Shown: in pieces, positions 54,193 through 64,000 of the stretch
Layout of the letters: the number at the start of each line of letters is the position of its first letter
How positions within the stretch are numbered: position 1 is the stretch's first letter
Origin: Saprospiraceae bacterium
GTDB taxonomy: Bacteria; Bacteroidota; Bacteroidia; Chitinophagales; Saprospiraceae
Length of the DNA: 64,000 bases
Reading direction: 5' to 3'
NCBI GenBank assembly: GCA_020628645.1
Contig: JAHDES010000017.1
Span: 24,570 to 88,569 of the forward strand
Made by a program: the position numbers and the translations under genes
The notes under the pieces: model-generated
Databases searched by the model: none
What the model was told of the DNA's origin: nothing
The model's input: the letters and a program-made list of their open reading frames with translations, nothing else

Positions 54193-56688
54193 ATGCAAGG
54201 AAAAGAGCAGATAATTCAAGACTTATCGCTACTTTATCAACTTTCATTAGCAGCAGGTAAGTCTATTCATGTTTTAGAAAATTGTGAGCAGTTTATTCAG
54301 GTTCTTTTAAATAAGAAACCCATTTCATATGCTGCAGTATGGATCAGTGAACAGGAAATTACTGATAACCAAACAGACGACTATATCCTATTATATTCCA
54401 ATCCTGAATTTCGATCGAAAGAACGCACTATTAATAATCGCCATTTTATTCTCAAACGACTTTGGGAACATCCTTTCTTTCAAATCAATCAAACTGATAA
54501 AAAATTTCATCAAGTTGTACAAGAAGAAGCAATTCAAGGAGGAAGCTATACCATTTTTAAATTAGGTAAGCTAGGATTTCTAAAATTGTATAGTACCGAA
54601 GCAACAGATCTTTTTAGTCCAAAAGAACTCATACAATTAAGTACAGTAGTAGATAAATTTGCTGTTTCGCTCAAAGGTTCATTAGCCCATGAACGACTAG
54701 TCAATGAAACCTATAAACGTCAACGTGCTCAAGAAGAACTAAATCGTAGTCATACTGCTTATCAAAGTCTTTTTGAAGAAATGTATGATTCCTTGATTAC
54801 TCTAGATCGTTTTGGGAATATCATAAATGCCAATAAAGCTGCCAAAAAATTATTGGGATTAGAGCAGCCTACAAACAGAAGTATCAATTTTTGGAAAATG
54901 ATCCATCCAGAAGATGCCAAAGAATTGGCAGCTTATACCCATGAACTCATCACAGAAGGTTACTATAGTAATTATGAATGTCGAATTATCACTGCTGATA
55001 AAACGATTAAATATGTTCAGATTAATTCGAATGCCGTGACCGAAAATGGAGAATATTTAGGTTCTCGAGATTTAATTCGTGATATTTCAGATCAAAAATT
55101 AGCCGAGCAAGAACTCATTCGGGCCAAACAAGCTGCTGAACAAGCGAGATTAGCCGAGCAGCAGTTTTTAGCGAATATGAGTCATGAAATCCGCACACCA
55201 ATGAATGCGGTGATTGGTATGACCCACCTTCTATATGAAGCTAATCCTAGTATTTCGCAACTTGAATATTTGGATTCCTTAAAATTTTCGGCAGATAGTT
55301 TATTAGGGATTATCAATGATATTCTTGATTTATCAAAAATTGAGGCGGGAGAATTAGAATTTGAAGAAAAAGAATTTGATTTGTATGCCTTGGCAAAAGG
55401 TTTACAACAAACCTTTCAATTTAAATTACGAGATAAATCCGTAAATGTCTACCTCAATTTTGACGATCGAATTAATAATTTAATAATAGGTGATCCAAAT
55501 CGATTGCGCCAAATTTTAACCAATATTCTTGGTAATGCTAGTAAATTTACTCAAGAAGGAAGTATTAATCTAATTATAAAAATTGCGAAATCGACCGATA
55601 ATCAGCACATCATTCAATTCATGATTAAGGATACAGGTATTGGTATTCCACAAGATAAAATCAATCATATTTTTAAAAGTTTTAAACAGGTGGATAAATC
55701 TACCGCCCGAAAATATGGAGGTACAGGACTGGGTTTAGCGATTGTTAAGCAATTAGTAGAATTACAAAATGGTTCTATTAGTGTTTATAGCAATGTAGGT
55801 AAAGGCTCTACGTTTATTATCAATTTACCTTTTGAGCAAACACAGAAAAAAGCGGAAGAAATTATTCAACAAGAAGAGCAACAAGAAAATAGTGCGGCTA
55901 TTTTAGCCACTCATGAATTATTAGTGGTAGAAGACAATCCTATGAATCAGAAATTAATCGCTAAAATCCTTGATCTGTGGAACTGCTCCTATTCGATTGC
56001 CGATAATGGAAAACATGCTTTAAAGTTGTTAGAAGATAAAGAATTTGATCTCATTTTAATGGATTTGCACATGCCTATTATGGATGGCGAAGTTTGTACA
56101 AAAGCCATTCGTCAACTCAATAATCATCCTAACCAAAAACGTCCAATTATTGCGTTGACGGCTGCCGCGTTATTAGATGAAAAAAATAGAGCCTTAGCAG
56201 CAGGTATGAATGATTTTACAACTAAGCCTTTTTCTCCAAAACAATTACAAAAAACATTGTTAAAATGGTTACCCAAGCTGGCAAAAGAAACAACTATTTC
56301 TACTCAAAAAACACAAAACAATTCAAGAGAACCAGAGGTCAATTTGGGATATTTATTAGAGCTTAGTAAAAATGATCCCATTTTTGTGATGGAAATTATT
56401 GAGATTTTTTTGCAAGAAATTCCTAATGCTCTCGAAATATTAGATCAGGCTTTTATGCAAAAAGACTGGGAAACTCTAAGCGTTACGGCACATCGTATCA
56501 AATCAAATTATATGATGGTTGGAATGGTGAGCCAACAAGAAGCGGCGCTTCAATTAGAATTGATGACAAAAACAGAAGATTTAGATATAGCTAGAATGGC
56601 AAAATTAGTAGATCAACTCAAACGAGACACCAAAATGTGCTATCCTATTATGAAGGAAAAATTAGAATTAGTAAAAATTATTGGTTAA
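54193..56688 (+). CDS. Hybrid sensor histidine kinase / response regulator with a C-terminal HPt domain
   Basis: GAF/PAS-like N-terminus; H-box MSHEIRTPMNAVIGM; HATPase (DTGIGIP, GGTGLGLAIV); receiver (LLVVEDNPMNQ...DLILMDLHMP); HPt (HRIKSNYMMVG). Confidence 0.85.
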   Translation: MQGKEQIIQDLSLLYQLSLAAGKSIHVLENCEQFIQVLLNKKPISYAAVWISEQEITDNQTDDYILLYSNPEFRSKERTINNRHFILKRLWEHPFFQINQTDKKFHQVVQEEAIQGGSYTIFKLGKLGFLKLYSTEATDLFSPKELIQLSTVVDKFAVSLKGSLAHERLVNETYKRQRAQEELNRSHTAYQSLFEEMYDSLITLDRFGNIINANKAAKKLLGLEQPTNRSINFWKMIHPEDAKELAAYTHELITEGYYSNYECRIITADKTIKYVQINSNAVTENGEYLGSRDLIRDISDQKLAEQELIRAKQAAEQARLAEQQFLANMSHEIRTPMNAVIGMTHLLYEANPSISQLEYLDSLKFSADSLLGIINDILDLSKIEAGELEFEEKEFDLYALAKGLQQTFQFKLRDKSVNVYLNFDDRINNLIIGDPNRLRQILTNILGNASKFTQEGSINLIIKIAKSTDNQHIIQFMIKDTGIGIPQDKINHIFKSFKQVDKSTARKYGGTGLGLAIVKQLVELQNGSISVYSNVGKGSTFIINLPFEQTQKKAEEIIQQEEQQENSAAILATHELLVVEDNPMNQKLIAKILDLWNCSYSIADNGKHALKLLEDKEFDLILMDLHMPIMDGEVCTKAIRQLNNHPNQKRPIIALTAAALLDEKNRALAAGMNDFTTKPFSPKQLQKTLLKWLPKLAKETTISTQKTQNNSREPEVNLGYLLELSKNDPIFVMEIIEIFLQEIPNALEILDQAFMQKDWETLSVTAHRIKSNYMMVGMVSQQEAALQLELMTKTEDLDIARMAKLVDQLKRDTKMCYPIMKEKLELVKIIG

Positions 56689-57066
56689 TCAACTTCTCTT
56701 TTTCTTTTTACTGGCTTTTGCTTGTGGATTAAAATCAAGGCACAATTGTACCCAATGTTCCAAATATTCATCCATATCCGTCCCTTCTGGTGCCACAAAA
56801 ACATAACCTTTCATAGGACGTTTGGTGAAATCCATCGGACGGCAACCTTTGCGCTGAAGGGCAGTTTCTTGCGCTGTTTCGCCGATTCGAGCCATTAAAT
56901 CTTCTTTGACGATACCAACACACATTTTATTATCGACCATAAAACATAAACCGCCAAACATTTTTTTCTCTTCTACAGCTAATTTTACGGGAGCCAAAAT
57001 TTGTCGAATACGATCTGCTAATAATTCATTATATGCCATTGTTCGTTCTTTAGTAAATCCATCCAA
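56689..57066 (-). CDS. TfoX N-terminal-domain family protein (small). The start is possibly at MAYNELL.
   Basis: About 115-125 aa. The MAYNELLADRIRQIL...KKMFGGLCFMVDNKMCVGIVKEDLMAR pattern is typical of TfoX_N. Confidence 0.5.
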   Translation of the reverse strand: MDGFTKERTMAYNELLADRIRQILAPVKLAVEEKKMFGGLCFMVDNKMCVGIVKEDLMARIGETAQETALQRKGCRPMDFTKRPMKGYVFVAPEGTDMDEYLEHWVQLCLDFNPQAKASKKKKRS

Positions 57067-57110
57067 ATATACTCAAAAATAGATACTTTTGTAGGTATAA
57101 AATTTCCATT

Positions 57111-57914
57111 ATGCCTTCATATAATTTAAAAACGCTTTGCCTTCAAACTACTGAAATCGTAAAAGAAGTAGGCTTGTTCATCAAGCAAGAACTTGGTAAA
57201 GTTAATTCTTCAGCTATTGAAACAAAAAGTAAAAATAGTTTAGTAAGCTATGTCGATCAAGAAGCCGAACAACGACTCGTTCAAGAACTTTCAAAACTGA
57301 CGCCAGAAGCCGTTTTTCTCACCGAAGAAGAAACGATTGCTACACAAAAGGGAGCACTTCGCTGGATTATTGATCCTTTAGATGGCACAACGAATTTTTT
57401 GCATCAACTCCCTTTTTTCTCAATTAGTGTGGCATTGCAAGAAAATGATGAAACCATTTTAGGTGTTGTTCTTGAAGTCAATCGAGAAGAATGTTTTTAT
57501 GCATGGAAGGATGGTGGCGCTTATTTAAATAAAGATCCTATTCAAGTTTCTCAAAATCCAAATTTAGCGGATGCCCTTATCGCAACGGGATTTCCTTATT
57601 ACGACTATTCACGCACCAAAAATTATTTGGCGGTATTAGAATATTTCATGGAACATACACGCGGTATCCGTCGATTTGGATCGGCAGCTTTAGATTTGGC
57701 GTATGTCGCCTGTGGGCGATTCGATGCTTTTTATGAATACAGTTTGAATGCTTGGGATGTAGCTGCTGGGGCATTTATCGTTCAAGAAGCAGGTGGAAAA
57801 GTGACCGATTTTAAAGGAGGAGATGATTATTTGTTTGGAAAAGAAATTGTAGCAAGTTCGAGTTTATTAGCAGCGGAGATTCAAGAAGTGATAAAGAAGG
57901 AGATGATAGTATAA
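57111..57914 (+). CDS. suhB: Inositol monophosphatase family protein
   Basis: IMPase signature WIIDPLDGTTNF and the C-terminal WDVAAGAFIVQEAGG motif. Confidence 0.85.
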   Translation: MPSYNLKTLCLQTTEIVKEVGLFIKQELGKVNSSAIETKSKNSLVSYVDQEAEQRLVQELSKLTPEAVFLTEEETIATQKGALRWIIDPLDGTTNFLHQLPFFSISVALQENDETILGVVLEVNREECFYAWKDGGAYLNKDPIQVSQNPNLADALIATGFPYYDYSRTKNYLAVLEYFMEHTRGIRRFGSAALDLAYVACGRFDAFYEYSLNAWDVAAGAFIVQEAGGKVTDFKGGDDYLFGKEIVASSSLLAAEIQEVIKKEMIV

Positions 57915-57965
57915 GTTTTATAATTGCTACAGCCATCGAGGCTTTGCAATTATTTTGGTGGTATT

Positions 57966-58021
57966 AGGAGGGGAAGTGAATTGAAATAACAATATTGTTA
58001 TTTCAATTCACTTCCCCTCCT
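57966..58021. terminator. 56-nt perfect palindrome (two 28-nt arms), a presumed bidirectional terminator between suhB and carB
   Basis: AGGAGGGGAAGTGAATTGAAATAACAAT|ATTGTTATTTCAATTCACTTCCCCTCCT. The arms are perfectly complementary. It lies in the 160-bp gap between convergent genes. Confidence 0.55.
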
Positions 58022-58077
58022 AAAAACCTCTACTTCGTTGTCGAGGCTCGACGCCGATGACAACGAAAACATGTTAT

Positions 58078-60897
58078 CTACATCGTCAAATACATCGACC
58101 GTTTCTTGTCCAATTCTCTAAAGTAAGGATCATTTAAATCATCAATAAAACGAATCGCCTCTCCCGTGGATTTCATTTCTGGTCCTAAGTTTTTATCAAC
58201 ATTCGGAAATTTATTAAAAGAAAAGACGGGCACTTTAATCGCAAAACCATCTAAATGCGGTTTAACATCAAAGTCTTTCAGTTTCTTTGCGCCAATCATA
58301 ACTTGCGTAGCAATTTTCAAGAAAGGAACACCATAAGCTTTAGCGATAAAAGGCGTCGTACGCGAAGCACGAGGATTCGCTTCAATTACATAAACTTCTT
58401 CATCTTTGATAGCAAACTGAATATTAATCAAGCCTTTTACACCAAGCGCAAAAGCTAATTTCTCGGTATAGGCTTTCATTTTTTCAACAACTGCATCCGA
58501 AAGACTATAAGTAGGCAATACCGCAGAACTATCACCCGAATGAATGCCCGCTGGCTCAATATGTTCCATAATACCCATAATCATCACTTCATCTCCATCA
58601 CAAATCGCATCAATTTCGGCTTCTTTTGCTCTGTCCAAGAATTGATCAATTAAGACTTTATTACCTGGTAAGTGTTTAAAAATCCCAAGCACATGACGCT
58701 CTAACTCTTCATCATTAATTACAATTCGCATACGCTGTCCTCCTAAGACATAAGAGGGGCGAACCAAAACAGGATAGGTCACTTTATTGGCAATTGCTAA
58801 GGCTTCATCAGTATCTTCCGCCGCACCATATCTAGGATAAGGGATTTCTAATTCTTTTAATAAATCAGAAAAGCGACCTCGATCTTCCGCTAAATCAAGG
58901 GTATTGTAACTACTTCCAAAGATTTTAATACCTCTTTTATCAAATTCTTCTGCCAATTTCAAGGCTGTTTGACCACCTAATTGTACAATAACACCTTCAG
59001 GTTGTTCTAGTTCTAATATCTCATCGATGTGTTCCCAGAAAATTGGTTCAAAATAGAGTTTATCAGCTACATCAAAATCAGTAGATACCGTCTCAGGATT
59101 ACAATTAATCATAATAGATTCATAGCCTGATTCTTTGATTGCTAGTAAGCCGTGTACACAACAATAATCAAACTCAATTCCTTGACCAATTCGATTGGGT
59201 CCAGAACCTAAAACAACAATTTTCTTTTTATCGGTAGAAGGAATACTTTCGTTTTCGTCATCAAAAGTTGAATAGAAATAAGGCGTTTGTGCTTCAAATT
59301 CTGCCGCACACGTATCCACCATTTTATAGGTGCGACGAATGCCTAGTTTCTTTCTGTAGCGCGTTACTTCCTTTTCGGTAATTCTTAACAACCAAGCAAT
59401 TTGAGCGTCAGAATACCCCACTTGCTTTAAATCACGCATGAATTCTTCTGGAATATCTTCTGCTACATTATAGCGCATCAATTGCTCCTCCATCTGCACC
59501 AAACGCTTAATTTGTTGGATGTACCAAGGATCAATTTTAGTTAATTTTTGAATTGTTTTAGAAGGTACACCCAATCGAAGGGCATCTTTTAAACGATAAA
59601 TACGGTCATCACTTACCATTTCTAAACGTTCTAAAATATCGGTTGTTCGTATCCACTCTTTCTTATCTGCGCCTAAGCCCATTCGTCCATTCTCTTGTGA
59701 CTGACACGCTTTTTGTAAAGCTTCTAAGAAAGTTCGACCAATCGCCATTACTTCTCCTACTGATTTCATTTGTAAGCCAAGACGGTGATCCGCTCCGTAG
59801 AATTTATCGAAATTCCAACGAGGCATTTTAACAATCACATAATCTAAGGTAGGTTCAAAATAAGCAGAAGTCGTTTTAGTAATTTGATTTTTTAACTCAT
59901 CTAAAGTATATCCAATGGCTAATTTCGCTGCAATTTTTGCGATAGGATAACCCGTTGCTTTACTTGCCAAAGCAGAAGAACGCGATACACGAGGATTAAT
60001 TTCAATGACGATTAATTCTTCCGTATCTGGATTTTGAGAAAACTGAATATTACATCCACCTGCAAAATTTCCAAGCGAACGCATCGCTAGAATCGCTTGA
60101 TCGCGCATTTCTTGATAAGCCGTATCGGAAAGGGTCATCGCAGGAGCAACAGTAATACTATCTCCTGTATGAATTCCCATAGGATCTAAATTTTCTACGG
60201 TACAAATAATAACGACATTATCATTTGCATCTCGTAACAGCTCTAATTCATATTCTTTCCAACCTAAAACAGCTTTATCAATCATCACTTCATGGGTTGG
60301 CGATGCATTTAAACCATTTCGAAGCGCCTCGTCAAAATTTTCTTTTTTATACACAAAGCCAGCTCCCGTTCCACCCAAAGTATAAGAAGGACGAATCACC
60401 AAAGGAAAGCCAATCTTTTGAGCAGCTTCTTTTCCTTCTAAAAAGGAATTGGCAATGTATGAAGGGGCACAACTCAAGCCTTTTTCAATCATTAATTTCT
60501 TAAACGCTTCTCGATTTTCTGTTACCTCAATTGCATCTAAATCTACCCCGATTAAGCGTACGCCATATTTTTCCCATACACCTTGCTCTCCAGCTTCAAT
60601 CGCCAAGTTTAAAGCCGTTTGTCCTCCCATTGTGGGTAGTACTGCATCAATTTGTCGTTCTTCGAGAACTTTTTCAACACTTTCAACTGTTAATGGAAGC
60701 AAGTAAATGTGATCCGCTGTTACAGGATCGGTCATAATGGTCGCTGGATTGGAGTTGATTAAGGTTACTTCAATCCCTTCTTCGCGTAAAGAGCGAGAGG
60801 CTTGTGTACCTGAATAATCAAACTCACAGGCTTGACCAATAATAATAGGACCACTTCCAATAATAAGAACGGATTTGATAGAATTGTCTCTAGGCAT
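58078..60897 (-). CDS. carB: Carbamoyl-phosphate synthase large subunit
   Basis: 939 aa with duplicated ATP-grasp halves (two ...CNPETV(S/A)TD... and ...IE(I/A)NPR(V/A)SRS... motifs) and the conserved N-terminus [30 protein letters not shown]. Confidence 0.95.
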   Translation of the reverse strand: MPRDNSIKSVLIIGSGPIIIGQACEFDYSGTQASRSLREEGIEVTLINSNPATIMTDPVTADHIYLLPLTVESVEKVLEERQIDAVLPTMGGQTALNLAIEAGEQGVWEKYGVRLIGVDLDAIEVTENREAFKKLMIEKGLSCAPSYIANSFLEGKEAAQKIGFPLVIRPSYTLGGTGAGFVYKKENFDEALRNGLNASPTHEVMIDKAVLGWKEYELELLRDANDNVVIICTVENLDPMGIHTGDSITVAPAMTLSDTAYQEMRDQAILAMRSLGNFAGGCNIQFSQNPDTEELIVIEINPRVSRSSALASKATGYPIAKIAAKLAIGYTLDELKNQITKTTSAYFEPTLDYVIVKMPRWNFDKFYGADHRLGLQMKSVGEVMAIGRTFLEALQKACQSQENGRMGLGADKKEWIRTTDILERLEMVSDDRIYRLKDALRLGVPSKTIQKLTKIDPWYIQQIKRLVQMEEQLMRYNVAEDIPEEFMRDLKQVGYSDAQIAWLLRITEKEVTRYRKKLGIRRTYKMVDTCAAEFEAQTPYFYSTFDDENESIPSTDKKKIVVLGSGPNRIGQGIEFDYCCVHGLLAIKESGYESIMINCNPETVSTDFDVADKLYFEPIFWEHIDEILELEQPEGVIVQLGGQTALKLAEEFDKRGIKIFGSSYNTLDLAEDRGRFSDLLKELEIPYPRYGAAEDTDEALAIANKVTYPVLVRPSYVLGGQRMRIVINDEELERHVLGIFKHLPGNKVLIDQFLDRAKEAEIDAICDGDEVMIMGIMEHIEPAGIHSGDSSAVLPTYSLSDAVVEKMKAYTEKLAFALGVKGLINIQFAIKDEEVYVIEANPRASRTTPFIAKAYGVPFLKIATQVMIGAKKLKDFDVKPHLDGFAIKVPVFSFNKFPNVDKNLGPEMKSTGEAIRFIDDLNDPYFRELDKKRSMYLTM

Positions 60898-61320
60898 GAG
60901 CGATGCAAATTTTTTAGGGAGTGTAAGCTAAGGGGTATAAATTATAGAGTTAAAAATTTTGAGATCAATAAGAAAGCTGAATTAGCGACAATATGAAGCG
61001 TTTGAAGCTTTATTTTGATCTCTTCTAAAAAAATTTTTTAACTATATAATCCCCTAAAACTACTAAAGTGTTTTCCCTGTAGCGTTTCAAAAAATTTGCA
61101 CGCAAAGATAGATATATAATCTTCAAATTAAAGTCAAAAAGCAGATTTCACCATTACTTTTTTGTTAATTTTTTAATCTTAATCTTGATAGAATAAAGAT
61201 GATGATTCTAACACAATAAAGTGATAGCATTTTCGTACTTTTGCTGTTTTTCAAGATTGAACTATTTACGCAAAAAGACGTATTTCAATCAAAAAATAAT
61301 AGAATACAAATCATACAGAC

Positions 61321-64000
61321 TATGTATCCCTTATATAAATCATTAAATCTTTCAAAGATTGACGAATCCATCCGCGAATTTTGGGAGGAACACAACATCT
61401 TTGAAAAAAGTATCGAGCAACGTCCCGTTGAAAATAGCTTCGTCTTTTATGAAGGCCCTCCATCTGCTAATGGAAAGCCAGGGATTCACCACGTGATGGC
61501 TCGTACTGTGAAAGATATGTTTTGCCGCTATCAATCCATGAAAGGGAAACGAGTAGAACGAAAAGGAGGATGGGATACTCACGGTTTGCCAATTGAACTT
61601 GCCGTTGAAAAAGAATTAGGGATCACGAAAGAGGATATTGGTAAAAAAGTCTCTGTTGATGAATATAATAAGGCATGCCGCGAAACGGTGATGCGCTATA
61701 AAGATATGTGGGATGACCTCACTCGAAAAATGGCATATTGGGTCGATCTAGAAAAACCATACATCACTTTTGAAAATACTTATATTGAATCCGTTTGGTA
61801 TTTATTGAAGCGTTTGTATGATAAAGATTTATTGTATAAAGGATATACTATCCAGCCTTATTCTCCAAAAGCAGGAACAGGATTAAGTTCACACGAATTG
61901 AATATGCCTGGTGCATACAAAGATGTGACCGACACCACAGTCGTTGCACAATTCAAAGCCATTCCTGATACTTTACCCGATTTCTTAGTAGGCGAAGAAC
62001 ATCTTCATTTTCTAGCTTGGACGACGACGCCTTGGACATTACCTTCTAATACAGCATTGACGGTAGGCCCTAAGATTGATTATGTTTTAGTACAAACCTA
62101 TAATCAATATACTTTTCAGCCTGTTCAATTAATTTTGGCAAAAGCTTTAGTGGGGAAACAATTTAGTGGTAAATACGAAGCGGTTGAAGATGCAGCAGAT
62201 TTAGCCAATTATGAAGCTGGGGCGAAAAAAATTCCATATTTCATCAAAAAAGAATGTAAAGGTGCTGATCTAGTTGGTATTCGATACGAGCAATTATTGC
62301 CTTTTGCTTTACCCGCAGAAAATCCAGAAAACGCCTTCCGTGTCATTGCTGGAGATTTTGTTACTACGGAAGATGGTACAGGAATCGTACATACCGCGCC
62401 TACCTTCGGTGCGGATGATGCTATGGTAGCTAAAAAGGCGAATCCTCCTGTGCCACCCCTTTTGGTAAAAGATCAACAAGATAATCTTGTTCCCCTAGTG
62501 GATTTACAAGGAAAATTTCGTCCTGAAATGGGAGAATTTGGTGGTCAATATGTGAAGAATGAATATTATATGAATGATGATGCACCTGATAAATCCATCG
62601 ACGTTCAATTAGCGATTAAATTAAAAACAGAAAATAAAGCCTTTAAAGTTGAAAAATACGTCCATAATTATCCGCATTGCTGGCGGACTGACAAACCTGT
62701 TTTATATTATCCTTTAGATAGTTGGTTTGTGCGCTCCACGGCGATGAAAGATCGTATGGTAGAACTCAATAAAACCATCAATTGGAAACCCAAGCATACA
62801 GGAGAAGGGCGATTTGGAAAGTGGCTGGAGAATCTGCAAGATTGGAATTTATCGCGTTCTCGTTATTGGGGAATTCCATTACCGATCTGGCGAAATGAAG
62901 ATGGGACAAAAGAAATTTGTATTGGTTCATTGGAGCAATTACAAACAGAAATTGACAAAGCAAATGCGGCTTTAGGAAAAACACAAGAGGTTCCTAAAGA
63001 TTTACACCGTCCTTATATTGATGATATCGTTTTAGTAACAGAAGATGGAGAACCCATGCATCGGGAATTAGACTTAATTGATGTATGGTTTGATTCAGGT
63101 TCAATGCCCTACGCACAATGGCACTATCCTTTTGAAAATCAAGAAAAATTTAAAACAAATTATCCTGCCGATTTTATCGCAGAAGGTGTTGATCAAACGC
63201 GTGGTTGGTTCTTTACGCTACATGCAATTGGTGTAATGGCTTTTGATAGTGTTGCCTTTAAAAATGTAGTATCCAATGGTTTGGTGCAAGATAAGCACGG
63301 GCAGAAAATGTCAAAAAGTAAAGGAAATGCCGTCGAGCCATTTGAGACACTTGCAACTTATGGCTTAGATGCAACGCGATGGTATATGATTTCGAATGCA
63401 CAACCCTGGGATAATCTTAAATTTGATGCCGATGGTATAGGAGAAGTCAGTAGAAAATTTTTCGGTACATTATATCAAACCTACAATGGAATCTTTGCAC
63501 AATATGCAAATATCGTTGACTTTAATTATAAAGAAGATTATGTGCCTTTAGCGGAGCGAAAAAGTATTGATCGTTGGATTATCTCTAAACTAAATTCTTT
63601 AATCAAAGACGTTAATGCCGATTATGCCGATTATGAACCTACGAATGCGGCTCGTCGAGTGCAAAATTTTGTGGATCGTGATTTAAGTAACTGGTATATC
63701 CGTCTGAATCGGAAGCGATTCTGGAGTCAATCCTATGGCAAAGATGAAATTACGGCTTTCCAAACTTTATATGATTGTTTGGTAACGGTGGCTAAATTAA
63801 TGGCACCTATTTCGCCTTGTTTTGCAGATTGGTTATTTAGAAATTTAAATGATGCCAGTCAGAAAGAAGGTGCTGAATCCGTACATTTAGCTGATTTCCC
63901 CGAAGCCGATGAAAGTGCTATTGACACCGCATTGGAAGAACGCATGAATTATGCGCAACGCATTTCTTCTTTGATTTTATCACTTCGTAAAAAAGAAAAT
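61321..64000 (+). CDS. ileS: Isoleucine--tRNA ligase, N-terminal ~890 aa. The gene continues beyond the window end.
   Basis: Starts MYPLYKSLNLSKI. Class-I HIGH region PSANGKPGIHHV. KMSKS motif GQKMSKSKGN at ~63300. No stop codon before 64000. Absent from the ORF track because it is still open at the window end. Confidence 0.9.

Noticed and set aside
1-64000. tRNA/rRNA genes and IS elements or transposases.
   Set aside because: I could find no cloverleaf-compatible GC-rich ~75-nt segment in the intergenic regions. No ORF shows a DDE/transposase or integrase motif.

Overview
This is a low-GC (~38%) Bacteroidetes-type chromosomal segment. Two secreted proteins carry T9SS C-terminal sorting domains, and a FecR/STN-domain pair, SusC-like TonB machinery and a LytTR two-component system point the same way. 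About half the window is core metabolism and housekeeping. Readable genes there include an aldehyde dehydrogenase, a fused alpha/beta E1 dehydrogenase, an HtrA-family protease, hemA, fumC, carB, an inositol monophosphatase and the 5' part of ileS. The rest is envelope and accessory content.

The main accessory blocks are:
- 9187-18232: a T9SS metzincin protease, a TonB-dependent receptor, a MacB/FtsX-type permease and a T9SS Kelch-repeat protein.
- 18310-19895: an ECF sigma / anti-sigma / LTXXQ-protein operon, followed by an MscS channel.
- 21601-24367: an orphan FecR gene tightly coupled to an unusual STN-domain protein. That protein has about nine tandem ~16-aa Gly/Gln-rich repeats, a small C-terminal beta-barrel, and G10/A9 homopolymer tracts at the domain junction.
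- 43586-51972: an exopolysaccharide export/assembly locus (wza, wzc, wzx, a GT4 glycosyltransferase, a Wzy-like protein and an APH-like kinase). It sits beside a divergent NtrC-type sigma54 activator and a hybrid histidine kinase, with a candidate -24/-12 promoter between them.
- 27703-38136: the most unusual region, all on the + strand. It holds a YgiQ radical-SAM gene, a YqiJ-like membrane protein with an (Asp-X)n acidic repeat, a 717-aa YqiK-type flotillin, and a 1620-aa cytoplasmic protein. Only the C-terminal ~200 aa of the large protein are recognisable, as a classical AAA+ (MoxR/AAA_5-like) module.

The YgiQ gene and the large ATPase gene are each preceded by a near-identical 21-nt element, GCGAAGCGAT(C/T)(T/C)AAAGTCTAA, embedded in TCTAA-repeat tracts. 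A degenerate copy lies after ygiQ, and a perfect 14-bp-arm palindrome lies ahead of the YqiJ-like/flotillin pair. I propose this cassette as a candidate undescribed flotillin-associated AAA+ system.

Other points: a 56-nt perfect palindrome and three bidirectional hairpin terminators; an AT-rich 0.7-kb island next to a LytS/LytTR pair; and a short motif that recurs between genes. No tRNA/rRNA genes, CRISPR arrays or transposases were recognised.
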